Source: Fibrobacteria bacterium
Lineage (GTDB): Bacteria > Fibrobacterota > Fibrobacteria > UBA5070
NCBI GenBank assembly: GCA_020633825.1
Contig: JACKCV010000002.1
Span: forward strand, 139,553-203,552
Direction of reading: 5' to 3'
DNA: 64,000 bases
This document shows positions 9,792-19,157 of this stretch, in pieces. Position numbers and translations under genes: made by a program. The notes below the pieces were generated by a model, which searched no databases, had not been told where the DNA came from, and worked only from the letters and a program-made list of their open reading frames with translations. How positions within the stretch are numbered: position 1 is the stretch's first letter; every line of letters starts with the position of its first letter.

Positions 9792-10266
9792 GAACCAAAA
9801 CACCTCCGGATCCACGGAACAAGGTGCCTCCTCCGAACGTCGCACCTTCCTGAAGGTCGCGGCTTGCGGCGTGGGTGCCGCTTGGGCGGGGATGGTGGGA
9901 TACCCGATCTACCGCTACATCGCCTCGCCCGTCGAAGAAGCCGCATCCGCCGATGTGGTGACGGAAGTCGAGGTCGAGAAAGGGGCGGAGCTTCCCAAGA
10001 ATGCGGCCTTGATGTTCAAGTTCGGCACCAAGCCGGCGATGCTGATCCACCACGACGACGACACCTGGTCGGCGTTCCTGGCGGTCTGCACCCACCTGGG
10101 ATGCACTCCGGCCTACCAGCCGGAAGAGAAGCGGATCTTCTGTCCCTGCCATTCGGGGGTCTACGACGCCCATTCCGGCGCCAATGTGGCCGGCCCTCCG
10201 CCCAAGCCCCTTCCCCAGTTCAAGGTCGCTGTCGCCGACGGAAAGGTTGTGGTGTCCCGTGCCTGA
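9784..10266 (+). CDS. Rieske [2Fe-2S] iron-sulfur protein with Tat signal
   Basis: 'SERRTFLK' twin-arginine signal; 'CTHLGC' and 'CPCHSG' Rieske boxes. Confidence 0.9.
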   Translation: MSENQNTSGSTEQGASSERRTFLKVAACGVGAAWAGMVGYPIYRYIASPVEEAASADVVTEVEVEKGAELPKNAALMFKFGTKPAMLIHHDDDTWSAFLAVCTHLGCTPAYQPEEKRIFCPCHSGVYDAHSGANVAGPPPKPLPQFKVAVADGKVVVSRA

Positions 10267-11356
10267 GTCCCTCGGTCCGAAAGTCTACTCCTGGCTCGAT
10301 GAGCGCTTGGGATTGTCGCCCATTCTCGAGCTCGCCCTGAAGAAGCGGGTTCCCGACCACAAGCACTCCTTCTGGTACTACTGGGGAGGCATCACGCTGT
10401 TCTTCTTCATCGTGATGTGTTTCACAGGCGTCCTCCTGCTGCTGTATTACCGTCCCGGCGACGGGGCCTACGAATCGGTCCAGCAGATCAACACCCAGAT
10501 CAAGTTCGGATGGCTCATCCGCTCCATCCACTCCTGGTCGGCCAATCTCATGGTGGCGGCCGCATTCGTGCACATGTTCAGCACCTTCTTCATGAAGGCC
10601 TACCGGGCACCGCGCGAATTCCTCTGGTGGTCGGGCTTCGGTCTGCTCAGCCTGGCCATGGTCTTCGGATTCTCGGGGTACCTCCTGCCGATGGACGACC
10701 TCGCCTACTTCGCGACCAAGGTGGGATTGTCCATCCCGGCGGTGATGCCGGTCGTCGGTCCTTGGATCGCCGATCTCGTGCGCGGTGGACCGGACATCAC
10801 GGCCTACACGATTTCCCGCTTCTTCGCCTTGCACGTGGTGATCCTCCCCGCGTTGTTCATTCCCCTGCTGCTTCTCCACCTCGGTCTGGTCCAGCAGCAC
10901 GGCATGTCGATCCCGGAATCGGAGCAGCAGAAGCCCGAAGCCGAGCGCAAGTCCATCCCGTTCTTCCCGAACTTCGTGTTCAAGGACCTCGCCGTCTGGC
11001 TGGTGGCCCTCAATGTCCTGGCCTTGTTGGCCGTGGCCTTCCCTTGGCCTCTGGGACCGGCGGCCGATCCGTTGGCGCCGGCTCCGGCCGACATCCATCC
11101 GGAGTGGTACTTCATGAGTTCCTTCCAGATCCTCAAGGCCTTCGGCGGTTGGTTCCCCGGTGTGGTCGGGGAATTCCTGGGGATCGCCTTCTTCAACGCC
11201 GGTGTCGTGTTGTGGGCCTTGGTGCCCCTGTTCGACCCGAACACGAAATCGGGCCAGTGGGGGCGTCGCGTCACCTGGTTCGGATTCGTCGTCCTCGCCG
11301 TCTTGATCGTGACCACCATTTGGGGCTACGCGGTTCTTCCCGCCGTGGCCCACTGA
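10259..11356 (+). CDS. Cytochrome b (b6-type with fused subunit-IV-like C-terminus)
   Basis: GTG start overlapping the Rieske stop (GTGCCTGA); 'FWYYWGGITLFFF', 'IRSIHSWSANLMVAAAFVHM' heme-ligand helices; 365 aa. Confidence 0.85.
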   Translation: MPESLGPKVYSWLDERLGLSPILELALKKRVPDHKHSFWYYWGGITLFFFIVMCFTGVLLLLYYRPGDGAYESVQQINTQIKFGWLIRSIHSWSANLMVAAAFVHMFSTFFMKAYRAPREFLWWSGFGLLSLAMVFGFSGYLLPMDDLAYFATKVGLSIPAVMPVVGPWIADLVRGGPDITAYTISRFFALHVVILPALFIPLLLLHLGLVQQHGMSIPESEQQKPEAERKSIPFFPNFVFKDLAVWLVALNVLALLAVAFPWPLGPAADPLAPAPADIHPEWYFMSSFQILKAFGGWFPGVVGEFLGIAFFNAGVVLWALVPLFDPNTKSGQWGRRVTWFGFVVLAVLIVTTIWGYAVLPAVAH

Positions 11357-11368
11357 GGAGACGCACCC

Positions 11369-12733
11369 ATGAACTATCCTGCCTGGGACGTACCCTATCT
11401 CGGCTCCGGATGGATGATCGGCATCGTCGCCATCATCCACATCCTGATCTCCCACTTCGCCGTGGGTGGCGGCATCTTCCTTCCCCTGACCGAGGCCAAG
11501 GCGCTTCGCGAAGGCCGCAAGGATTGGATGTTGCGCCTGAAAGGCTACTCCAAGTTCTTCCTCGTGCTCACCGGCGTGTTCGGCGCCATGACGGGCGTGG
11601 GGATCTGGTTCGCCATCGGACTGGCCAGCCCCAACGGCACCAGCGCCCTCATCCACAACTTCGTGTTCGGCTGGGCGATCGAGTGGGTGTTCTTCCTCGT
11701 GGAACTCACCTTGGCGATGGTCTACTACTACACCTGGGACCGCATTCCCGCGAAGCTCCACCTGACCATCGGATGGATCTACGCCGCGGTTTCCTGGGGA
11801 ACCCTGGTGATCATCAACGGCATCCTCACCTTCAAGCTCACTCCCGGGCCGGAGTGGATGGCGTCGGTCGGAACGGGGCGCGAATCCGAGTACTTCTTCG
11901 ACGCGTTCTTCAACGCGGGCTACCTCCCCAGCCTGGGGCTGAGGACGCTCGCCTGCCTTTCCCTGGCGGGAATCTGGTCGCTGTACTTCTTCAGCCGCCT
12001 CGACGGGGAATCCGACGGCAAGACCAAGGCCAGCATGGTGCAGTGGTCCTCGATGTTCCTGATTCCGTCCTTCCTCCTGATGCCCGTGTTCTTCGCCTGG
12101 TACGTCTTCACGATCCCGGCCGACCATCGCGCCCTGCTGGAACTCGGAATCTCCAGCGCTTCCGCCGGGACCTTCACCCACGTCACGCGCATGACCATCC
12201 TTTCGGTGGTGAGTTCCGCGACCATCGCCCTGGCGGTCATGTTCTTCGCCTGGTTCCAGCCCACGGAACTCAAGCGCGGACACGCCCTTTCCATCCTGTT
12301 TTTGGCCCTGCTCGCCACGGGTTCGACGGAAAGCGTCCGCGAATTCCTGCGCAAGCCGTTCGTGGTGAACGGGTACATGTACTCCAACGGCGTGCGCGTG
12401 AACCAGATCGAGGGATTCAATCGCGACGGCTACCTCACGGGATCGGTCTGGTCGCCGGTGTCCCCCGACGCGGCCTTCCACCACAAGTCGGTGGGGGAGA
12501 GGATGTTCCAGGGCCAGTGCATGGCCTGCCACACCCTCGACGGATACCGTCCCATCCGCAAGCTGCTGGCGGGTCGGGACACCACCTCGATCGGAAGCGT
12601 CCTGAAGATGCTCCACGACAACGCCCCGGAGAGCCCCTACCGGAAGTTCATGCCGCCTCTGGTGGGAACCGAGGAGGAGATCCGCGCCCTCCGGGATTGG
12701 CTCGCCGTGCAGGTCGCTCCGGCTTCCCACTGA
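11369..12733 (+). CDS. Integral membrane protein with C-terminal mono-heme c-type cytochrome domain (CxxCH)
   Basis: ~370-aa multi-TM N-domain plus 'FQGQCMACHTLDGYRP'; 12 nt after cyt b. Confidence 0.7.
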   Translation: MNYPAWDVPYLGSGWMIGIVAIIHILISHFAVGGGIFLPLTEAKALREGRKDWMLRLKGYSKFFLVLTGVFGAMTGVGIWFAIGLASPNGTSALIHNFVFGWAIEWVFFLVELTLAMVYYYTWDRIPAKLHLTIGWIYAAVSWGTLVIINGILTFKLTPGPEWMASVGTGRESEYFFDAFFNAGYLPSLGLRTLACLSLAGIWSLYFFSRLDGESDGKTKASMVQWSSMFLIPSFLLMPVFFAWYVFTIPADHRALLELGISSASAGTFTHVTRMTILSVVSSATIALAVMFFAWFQPTELKRGHALSILFLALLATGSTESVREFLRKPFVVNGYMYSNGVRVNQIEGFNRDGYLTGSVWSPVSPDAAFHHKSVGERMFQGQCMACHTLDGYRPIRKLLAGRDTTSIGSVLKMLHDNAPESPYRKFMPPLVGTEEEIRALRDWLAVQVAPASH

Positions 12734-12759
12734 TCCCTTCGCCCCTCCCCCCCACCGCC

Positions 12760-13308
12760 TCATCGCGGAGGGGGGAAGCGGGCGAGCTTGCGCTGCAGGG
12801 ACCGGCGGTCGATTCCCAGTTCGCGGGCCGCACGGGACACGTTCCCGTCGCAGTCGGCCAGTACGCGGTGGATGTGCTCCCATTCCACGCGATCCAGGGA
12901 GGGCGTCTCGATCCGGATCGATTCCTGCTTTCCCTCGAGGACGGCGGCGATCTGGTTCCCGTCCAGGGGTTTGGTGCGGTAGTCCGATGCGCCCGCGCGG
13001 ACGGCTTCCAGCGCCGAGGCGATGCTGCCGTAGCCGGTGAGGACCACGATGGTCGCGTCGGGCAGGATCTGTCGCAAGGCCGTCACCAGGTCGAGACCGT
13101 TCTCCTGGCCCAGGCGCAGGTCGACCAGGACGTGGTCGGGTGCGTTGCGTTGGGCGTTCTGGATGGCCGCGGCCCGGTTCGAGCATGTCCACACCTCGTA
13201 CCCGCGCCGGCGCATGGAAAGCCCCAGTCGTTCCCGATAGGCGTCCTCGTCGTCGACGATCAGGAGCTTCCCGCGGGGGCCTTCCCCCGGTTGGGCCTGG
13301 GAGGTCAC
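12760..13308 (-). CDS. RegA/ActR/PrrA-family response regulator (REC + Fis-type HTH)
   Basis: GTG start overlapping the kinase stop (GTGA); 'KLLIVDDED', 'DLRLGQENGLDL', C-terminal 'SRAARELGIDRRSLQRKL'; 182 aa. Confidence 0.85.
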   Translation of the reverse strand: MTSQAQPGEGPRGKLLIVDDEDAYRERLGLSMRRRGYEVWTCSNRAAAIQNAQRNAPDHVLVDLRLGQENGLDLVTALRQILPDATIVVLTGYGSIASALEAVRAGASDYRTKPLDGNQIAAVLEGKQESIRIETPSLDRVEWEHIHRVLADCDGNVSRAARELGIDRRSLQRKLARFPPPR

Positions 13309-14585
13309 GACCCCATCTCCGCGTCGGGCACCCGCAGTTCCGCCGTGGTTCCTTCCCCTGGGCGGGAGGTCACCTTCAAGGTTCCTCCGCAACGATCCGC
13401 GAACGTCCGCACCAGGAAAAGCCCCAGACCCATCCCCTTCCCGGGGCCCTTGGTCGACAGGAACGGCTCGCCCAGGCGCGGGAGCAGATCCGGAGGGATC
13501 CCTTCCCCCCTGTCGCGCACGGTGAAGACCGAGTCGTTGGCTTCCCGCCGAAACGACATGTCCACGACTCGACCCTCCGGAGACGCCTCCACGGCGTTCT
13601 TCACCAAGGTGACCAGGGATTGGATCAGAGGGGCTTCCGGAAGCACCATCTGGACATCCCTTTCCAGACGAGGCGGAACCAGGCGGGCGGAAAGCGAGGG
13701 ATGGAGTGCTTCGGAGAGGGCGGCGAGGATCTGGGAGAGGGACGTGCGGACGGGGCCGTCCCCGATTCCCGAAGTGGTGTGGCTGCCCAGGCGATCCAGG
13801 ATGCGTCGGCACCGGTCCACCTCCGATCGGATCAACAAGGCATCGTCGCGCCACTGGTCGGAAGGGGTGTCCGCAGGGAGGGAGGCGAGGTCCGCCGAGG
13901 CCACGGCGATGGTTCCCAACGGGGATGCCAGTTCGTGGGCCACTCCCGCCGCCAACGTGGCCAGGGATGCGAATTGGCGATCTCGCAGGGCCCGATGGCG
14001 CCATTCGCCGAGATCGCGTTCCTGAGATTCGAGGGCATGGCGGAGGTTGGCGACGAAGTAGGCGATGGAAGTTCCGACCAGGGCCAGCGCGGCCAGGTTT
14101 CCGATTCGCTCCAGACGGGGAGCGATGGGCCATGGGGGGGAGGTGGTCTGCACGAGGGCTCCGGCCACCACCAGCAGCAGGAAGAACCACATGTGGGAGC
14201 GGGGAACCAGGACGGCGGCCATCGCCAGGTGGAGAAGGAAGAACAGGGTGAACGGATTGGTGGTGCCCCCCGTGAACCACAGCATTCCCGTGAGGACCAG
14301 GGTGTCGATCCCGAGCAGGCCCGAGATCCAGGACCCCGCATGGATCCCTTCCCGTCGGGAGCGATGGTGCAGGAACATGTTGCTCAGCAAGGTGAAGCCG
14401 AGGAATCCCGACAGGGGGAGCCAGGGAAGATGGATGCCATCCAATTGCGAGGCGAAGGCGCAGGTGCTGGCCTGTCCCGCGAGGGCGGCCCACCGGAGGC
14501 GGAGCAGCCACCGCAAGCCGGGGTGGGCGTTCTCGGCGTTCGTGCCGCCGGGAAAACCGCCGAGGTTCTTCAGTCGGTTCGGCAT
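13305..14585 (-). CDS. RegB/PrrB-family redox-sensing histidine kinase
   Basis: 6-TM N-domain with 'GGTTNPF' (GGxxNPF quinone-site motif); H-box 'AGVAHELASPLGTI'; G-box 'GMGLGLFLVRTF'. Confidence 0.8.
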   Translation of the reverse strand: MPNRLKNLGGFPGGTNAENAHPGLRWLLRLRWAALAGQASTCAFASQLDGIHLPWLPLSGFLGFTLLSNMFLHHRSRREGIHAGSWISGLLGIDTLVLTGMLWFTGGTTNPFTLFFLLHLAMAAVLVPRSHMWFFLLLVVAGALVQTTSPPWPIAPRLERIGNLAALALVGTSIAYFVANLRHALESQERDLGEWRHRALRDRQFASLATLAAGVAHELASPLGTIAVASADLASLPADTPSDQWRDDALLIRSEVDRCRRILDRLGSHTTSGIGDGPVRTSLSQILAALSEALHPSLSARLVPPRLERDVQMVLPEAPLIQSLVTLVKNAVEASPEGRVVDMSFRREANDSVFTVRDRGEGIPPDLLPRLGEPFLSTKGPGKGMGLGLFLVRTFADRCGGTLKVTSRPGEGTTAELRVPDAEMGS

Positions 14586-14670
14586 GGTGCCGCCGGGCGG
14601 AGGGGAACGAGGTGGGGGCCGGTACTCGTGCGAAGTGGCGCGGTGGAGCTGGCGGGCACGGTCGGGAGGA

Positions 14671-15024
14671 TCAGAGGAGGTTGCAGGCCTGCCTGCCGTC
14701 CTGCAGGGTCGGATAGATGGGGATGATGCTCCCGAGGCTCGCGACCTGGAAGACCTCGAGGATGTCCGAGCGGTTTTCCACGAGGAACATCTGCGAGGAT
14801 TTCTTGCGGAACCCCAGGGCGTAATCGATGATCCCCGCCAGGCAACAGCTTCCGAGCAGTTCCAGACCCGTGGTGTCCATGGCCAGGGGCAGGGGTGGTT
14901 CCATCGACATCAAATCGGAGAGGACGGCCCGGAATTGCGCGAGTTGAGGCATCGCGAAATCGGTTCCCTCCAGATGGAGCACCCGGAGATTCGGGAGCGT
15001 TTCAACAGTGAAGAGACAGCCCAT
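14671..15024 (-). CDS. STAS domain protein (anti-sigma-factor antagonist-like)
   Basis: 117-aa SpoIIAA-like pattern, immediately upstream and co-directional with the RegB-like kinase. Confidence 0.45.
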   Translation of the reverse strand: MGCLFTVETLPNLRVLHLEGTDFAMPQLAQFRAVLSDLMSMEPPLPLAMDTTGLELLGSCCLAGIIDYALGFRKKSSQMFLVENRSDILEVFQVASLGSIIPIYPTLQDGRQACNLL

Positions 15025-15098
15025 GGAAGAAAGCTAGGACCCTGGTGGCGGCTGTCAACCGACCATCCACACGATTGCGCGACCTGCGGGGAGTGCGA

Positions 15099-16883
15099 TC
15101 AGGCCAACAGCCCGATCTTGCGGATGGACTCGATGGCGACATCCCTCCGCTCCCCGGTGGACAGGAGGATCGCTTCCAAGGTGGCCGGTTCCCGGCGACG
15201 GTCGACACGAAGCGGGCGCAGCCGCATGGCCCTGCCCGGCGGTGTTTTGAGCACGACCTCGATCTCGTTCTCGGTGAGTGCCGCGTATTCCGCCAATTTC
15301 ATGCAATCGGCGTAATCGAGTTCCCGCAAACCGGTGCCGGCGTAGCGCGAGCTAGATCCGGGGATGGTGCGCGAGACCATCTCCCCGTTGGGCCAGGACC
15401 ATCGATGCTCGCGCAGTTCGGGTTCCGGGGCGGGGGATTTCCACGGGTGGACCGGTGCGCTGCTGGGGTCTTCGGGAGGGAAGTACCCCAGGCTCGAAAG
15501 CAGCCTGCGGATGGTGGGTTCCTGGGTCGGATCGATCAGGAAGCCCCAGTCCGGGATGGTTTCGAGAGTGAGCGAGAGGAACGCGTCGAGCGCGCAGAGT
15601 TGGCGGTGGCGCAGCGGGTCGGCGATGCGCAGGAGCCTGGCGGATTCGAACCTGCACGCGCGACGGGTGGCGAGCCATTCCTCGAGTTGGACGAGGACCG
15701 CGGCCGGAGGCGCCAGATCCTCGAGCAGGGTCGGAATGCGTCCGGCCCAGGATTCGAGGGCGGCGGCGGCCAGCACCTTGTCCCGATCGAGCTTCCATCG
15801 GGAGACCAGGTCGGCGGACTCGCGTTTCCCGAGGAAGGACGCGTCCCGATGATGCCCGAGGGGGGACTGCGGGGCCAGGAAGATCTGCAGATCGGACGTG
15901 CACCACCAGGTGCGTTCCGCTCGTGGATGGATGGAATCGATCCACGGCCACACGAAGACCAGGTCTCCCTGGGCGCACTCCCGTTCGAGGATGCCGACCA
16001 CCAGGGCTTCCCGCAGGAGTCGGGGAAGTTGGGTCCAGCTCCGGCCGGTGGGCCCGGGAACCAGCAGGCCTTCCCGGCGGAAGAACAGGCGTGCGGCGAA
16101 GTCGGCGTCGGCCCCGTCGGGAAGATTGGTGGCGATCCAGTCCTTGATGCCGCCGGTTCGCCGCTCGCGCGACTCCCACCAGCGCAGAGCGAAGTCCGGG
16201 CGATCGTCCAGGGAGGCGAGCCAGGTCGGCAGGTCCGGGGAGGATTCCAGGGCCCCATCCCTTCGCAGCAGGAGACCCTGGTCGGAGAGGAAGTCGAGAG
16301 CCAGGTCGAGGGCCATTTCCTGCGCCCCTTCGCCGAGGTCGGACAGGTGCGAAAAAATTTCGCGCAGAGTCGGTCTGTCGCGACGATTCAGGGAACCGTC
16401 GCGGTTCAGTCGAGCTCCCCCGAGGTCGATGGCGGCGGAGAGCGATGCGATCGATTCGAGGAAGGCGCGCGAGGCGTGGCGTTGTCCCTGGGGCCTCTCG
16501 CGGGGGGGGATGTCGAAGGTCTGCGCGGCGGCCACGACGGTGGGGGTGAGGTCGATCACGGGGTGCCAGGTCGGCGGCTCCTCGCGATCCAGGATGATGA
16601 CAAATTCCGACGCAAGGGTCTCGAGATCCTGCCTGTCCTCGGGAGCGAAGGCCTCGCAGGGGATTCCGCCCTCGCCGGCGAGATGGATGTCGAGCGCGAT
16701 GGCGGCGGTGGACGGGGAGTCGCGCAGGAGCGGTTCGATCCTCTCGCCGGAAACCATCCAGGCCTCGATCTCCAGGTTGATCCTGCTGCGTTGCACCAGG
16801 CCTTCTCTGCCGAGGCGATGGGCGTGGAGGGAAGCGATTTCTCCCTGGGGAACCTGATCGAGAAGCTGACGTACAGATGGCAT
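15099..16883 (-). CDS. Hypothetical protein (594 aa)
   Basis: Minus-strand frame has balanced L/E/D/A composition; the overlapping plus ORF is G/R/P-rich. No recognisable motif. Confidence 0.4.
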   Translation of the reverse strand: MPSVRQLLDQVPQGEIASLHAHRLGREGLVQRSRINLEIEAWMVSGERIEPLLRDSPSTAAIALDIHLAGEGGIPCEAFAPEDRQDLETLASEFVIILDREEPPTWHPVIDLTPTVVAAAQTFDIPPRERPQGQRHASRAFLESIASLSAAIDLGGARLNRDGSLNRRDRPTLREIFSHLSDLGEGAQEMALDLALDFLSDQGLLLRRDGALESSPDLPTWLASLDDRPDFALRWWESRERRTGGIKDWIATNLPDGADADFAARLFFRREGLLVPGPTGRSWTQLPRLLREALVVGILERECAQGDLVFVWPWIDSIHPRAERTWWCTSDLQIFLAPQSPLGHHRDASFLGKRESADLVSRWKLDRDKVLAAAALESWAGRIPTLLEDLAPPAAVLVQLEEWLATRRACRFESARLLRIADPLRHRQLCALDAFLSLTLETIPDWGFLIDPTQEPTIRRLLSSLGYFPPEDPSSAPVHPWKSPAPEPELREHRWSWPNGEMVSRTIPGSSSRYAGTGLRELDYADCMKLAEYAALTENEIEVVLKTPPGRAMRLRPLRVDRRREPATLEAILLSTGERRDVAIESIRKIGLLA

Positions 16884-16931
16884 GTATACGGGAGATAAAT
16901 ACCTTCAACCGATGGCGACATCCCTGACGCT

Positions 16932-17720
16932 GTGAAAGGACGTTCTGAATGGGTCACGATCCATTGGCAAAGCCCGTTGAAAACCCGCAGTCCGAAGACC
17001 CCCGGGACAACGCCTCCCGAACGGAATCCGACCATGGGGCGGAAGGTTTCCTGGCTCGTGGCGAGGAGGCCTGCGGTCGTGGTGCGTGGGTCGAGGCGCG
17101 GGGGGGGGTGGGGGGGGGGCGCGGGCGCGGAGGGGGGGGGGGGGGGGGCCCGCGACCTGGATCCGTGGGGATGGAAACCCCTCCAGGGGATCGGGATCGC
17201 GCTTTTCTGGTTGGGGAAGAGGGACGATGCCTGGAAGCACCTCGTGGAAGCGTTGCGGAGGGCTCCCGACGAGCCGGACAACGTCGCCAACGTGCTGGAC
17301 GTCGCTCGATCGCTGGGCAGGGAAGCGGAAGCCGAGGCCATCCTCGCCGAACTTCGTCGTTCCCTGCCCGCACCCACCGCGGCTTCGCCTGCCGAGCCCT
17401 TTTGCGTGAAGGGTGAGGAAATGCTCGGTGCCGAGCTCTGGCGGGAGGCCGTGCAACCGTTCCTCCAAGCCATCGACAGCGATCCCGAGCGGTCCCGGGC
17501 CTGGAGCGGGCTGGGCATCGCCTGCTTCCGGGATGGGAAGGCGAAGGCGGCCACGGCCTTCTTCGAAATCGCCCTCCGCCTCGATCCGACGGACCAGGAC
17601 GCCGTCCTCAACTGGGCCGAAGCGTGCGGTCGTCCCGGAGACGACCTCGAATCCTTCCTGGTTTCCGCGGGCGTCTCCCCGGATCTTGCCGCGCGGGCTC
17701 GCGCCGAGGTCTCCGGTTGA
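16932..17720 (+). CDS. TPR-repeat protein (N-terminus uncertain; long poly-G tracts in the 5' part)
   Basis: TPR-like helices 'AWSGLGIACFRDGKAKAATAFFEIALRLDPTDQDAVLNWAEA'; residues before the G tract are low complexity. Confidence 0.5.
   Translation: MKGRSEWVTIHWQSPLKTRSPKTPGTTPPERNPTMGRKVSWLVARRPAVVVRGSRRGGGWGGGAGAEGGGGGARDLDPWGWKPLQGIGIALFWLGKRDDAWKHLVEALRRAPDEPDNVANVLDVARSLGREAEAEAILAELRRSLPAPTAASPAEPFCVKGEEMLGAELWREAVQPFLQAIDSDPERSRAWSGLGIACFRDGKAKAATAFFEIALRLDPTDQDAVLNWAEACGRPGDDLESFLVSAGVSPDLAARARAEVSG
17101..17150. repeat. Homopolymeric G tracts G9-T-G9-C-GCGGGCGCGG-A-G17
   Basis: Read directly from the sequence; within/near the 5' end of the TPR gene. Confidence 0.9.
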
Positions 17721-19042
17721 AGCTGGGAGCACGACCCGCCGCGAAGGACCTCCCTCTTTCGATCTGCCTGATCGTCAAGAACGAGGAGGCGAACCTCCCG
17801 GCGTTGCTGGAATCCCTCGCAGGCCTGGGGGCCGAGTTGATCGTGGTGGATACGGGATCCACCGATCGAACGGTGCAGATCGCCCAGTCCGCGGGGGCGA
17901 AGGTTCGCCATTTCTCCTGGACCGGGGATTTCGCCGCGGCACGGAACGTCTCCCTCGAGGCCGCGACCCGTTCCTGGGTGATGTGGATGGATGCGGACGA
18001 TCGCCTACCCGCCTCCAGTCGGCCGGCGCTTCAGGCCCTGGTGGCGGCCCGACCGGAGAAGGCGTGGGCCTTTCTCGTGAAAAACACCACCAACGGGGGC
18101 GCCACGGGTTCCGAGTTCTCCCAGATCCGCCTGTTTCCCAACCACCCTCGCATCCGATTCACGGGCGCCGTCCACGAGCAGGTGTTCCCGGCTCTGGCCG
18201 CCCTGGGCATTCCCTTCGAGTACTCCACCCTGGTGGTGCACCACACGGGGTACATCGATGCCGATACGGTGCGGGCCAAACAAGTTCGGAACCGGGAAAT
18301 CCTCGAACGGGAGGTGGTGCGCAACGGCGGCCACGCCATCACGCTCTACCAGTTGGGGGCCGCCCACGCCGATCTCGGCAACGCCGTCGAAGCCGAACGA
18401 CGGTTTCGCGAATCCTTGAAGGCGGTGGAGAACGGCGACCCCGACGTCCATCTGAAATCCCTGGTCCCGGCCTACGCGGCGACCTTGTTCACCAAGAAGG
18501 AGGACTGGGCGGGAGCGCGTCGATTGCTCGAGGAATTGCTCGATCCCGACGTTTCCCTGTGGCATCCCAGCCAGATCGCCATTGCCGCGCAGGTCTGGTT
18601 GCGGACCGGTTCCATCGAGGAAGCGGTGGGTTGGTTCGAGAAAGCCTACACGCCCCCGCAGGCGAAGGTGCTCCTGCCGGTGGATCCCAAGGTCGCGTCG
18701 GTGCAGCCCCTGCAGAACCTTGCCGAATATTGGAAGGGAGTGGGGAACGAGCCTCTGGCCACGGAAATCCTGCTGTTGCTGAAATCGGTCCTGGAAAACC
18801 GTTTTCCGCCGCGACGTGCCATCCCCGACGCGTACATGCGCCACGGGCAGGCCTCGCGCGCCGCCGAACTCTACGCCTGGTGCATCGATCGCGACGGGGA
18901 CGACCCCGCCCTGTGGGCCCCCTTGGTCCGAGCCACGGCCATCGCAGGGGATCCCGAGAACGCGGCGCGCTTCCTGGACGCCGGATTGGAGCGATGGCCT
19001 GGGGACGAGGGCCTTCGCGCTCTGGCGCGCGGGGAGTTCTGA
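17717..19042 (+). CDS. GT2-family glycosyltransferase with C-terminal TPR domain
   Basis: 'LSICLIVKNEEANLPALL', 'VVDTGSTDRT', 'WVMWMDADD'; TTG start overlapping the upstream stop (TTGA). ORF track extends to 17624, so the start is uncertain. Confidence 0.7.
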   Translation: MKLGARPAAKDLPLSICLIVKNEEANLPALLESLAGLGAELIVVDTGSTDRTVQIAQSAGAKVRHFSWTGDFAAARNVSLEAATRSWVMWMDADDRLPASSRPALQALVAARPEKAWAFLVKNTTNGGATGSEFSQIRLFPNHPRIRFTGAVHEQVFPALAALGIPFEYSTLVVHHTGYIDADTVRAKQVRNREILEREVVRNGGHAITLYQLGAAHADLGNAVEAERRFRESLKAVENGDPDVHLKSLVPAYAATLFTKKEDWAGARRLLEELLDPDVSLWHPSQIAIAAQVWLRTGSIEEAVGWFEKAYTPPQAKVLLPVDPKVASVQPLQNLAEYWKGVGNEPLATEILLLLKSVLENRFPPRRAIPDAYMRHGQASRAAELYAWCIDRDGDDPALWAPLVRATAIAGDPENAARFLDAGLERWPGDEGLRALARGEF

Positions 19043-19157
19043 ATCGTCCTTCCCCTCCCCGGCCGGGGTGGAGGAAGGTACCCCTCGCCCCCGGCGAGGG
19101 CTGCCGCGCCCAGGTCGAGCCCGGGGCTTGGAAGGCGTTCCCGCGGCGGGACCTCCC

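Noticed and set aside
10220-14025. Very long antisense/alternate-frame ORFs (e.g. 10220..13192 minus, 990 aa; 10417..14025 plus, 1202 aa) across the cyt-b and RegBA region
   Set aside because: Arg/Gly/Pro/His-rich low-complexity translations typical of GC-driven open frames; they overlap genes with clear Rieske, cyt b, REC and HATPase motifs.
15045-16898. 617-aa plus ORF overlapping the 594-aa minus ORF
   Set aside because: Gly/Arg/Pro-rich; the minus frame has more protein-like composition. Neither has motifs, so strand choice is moderate-confidence only.
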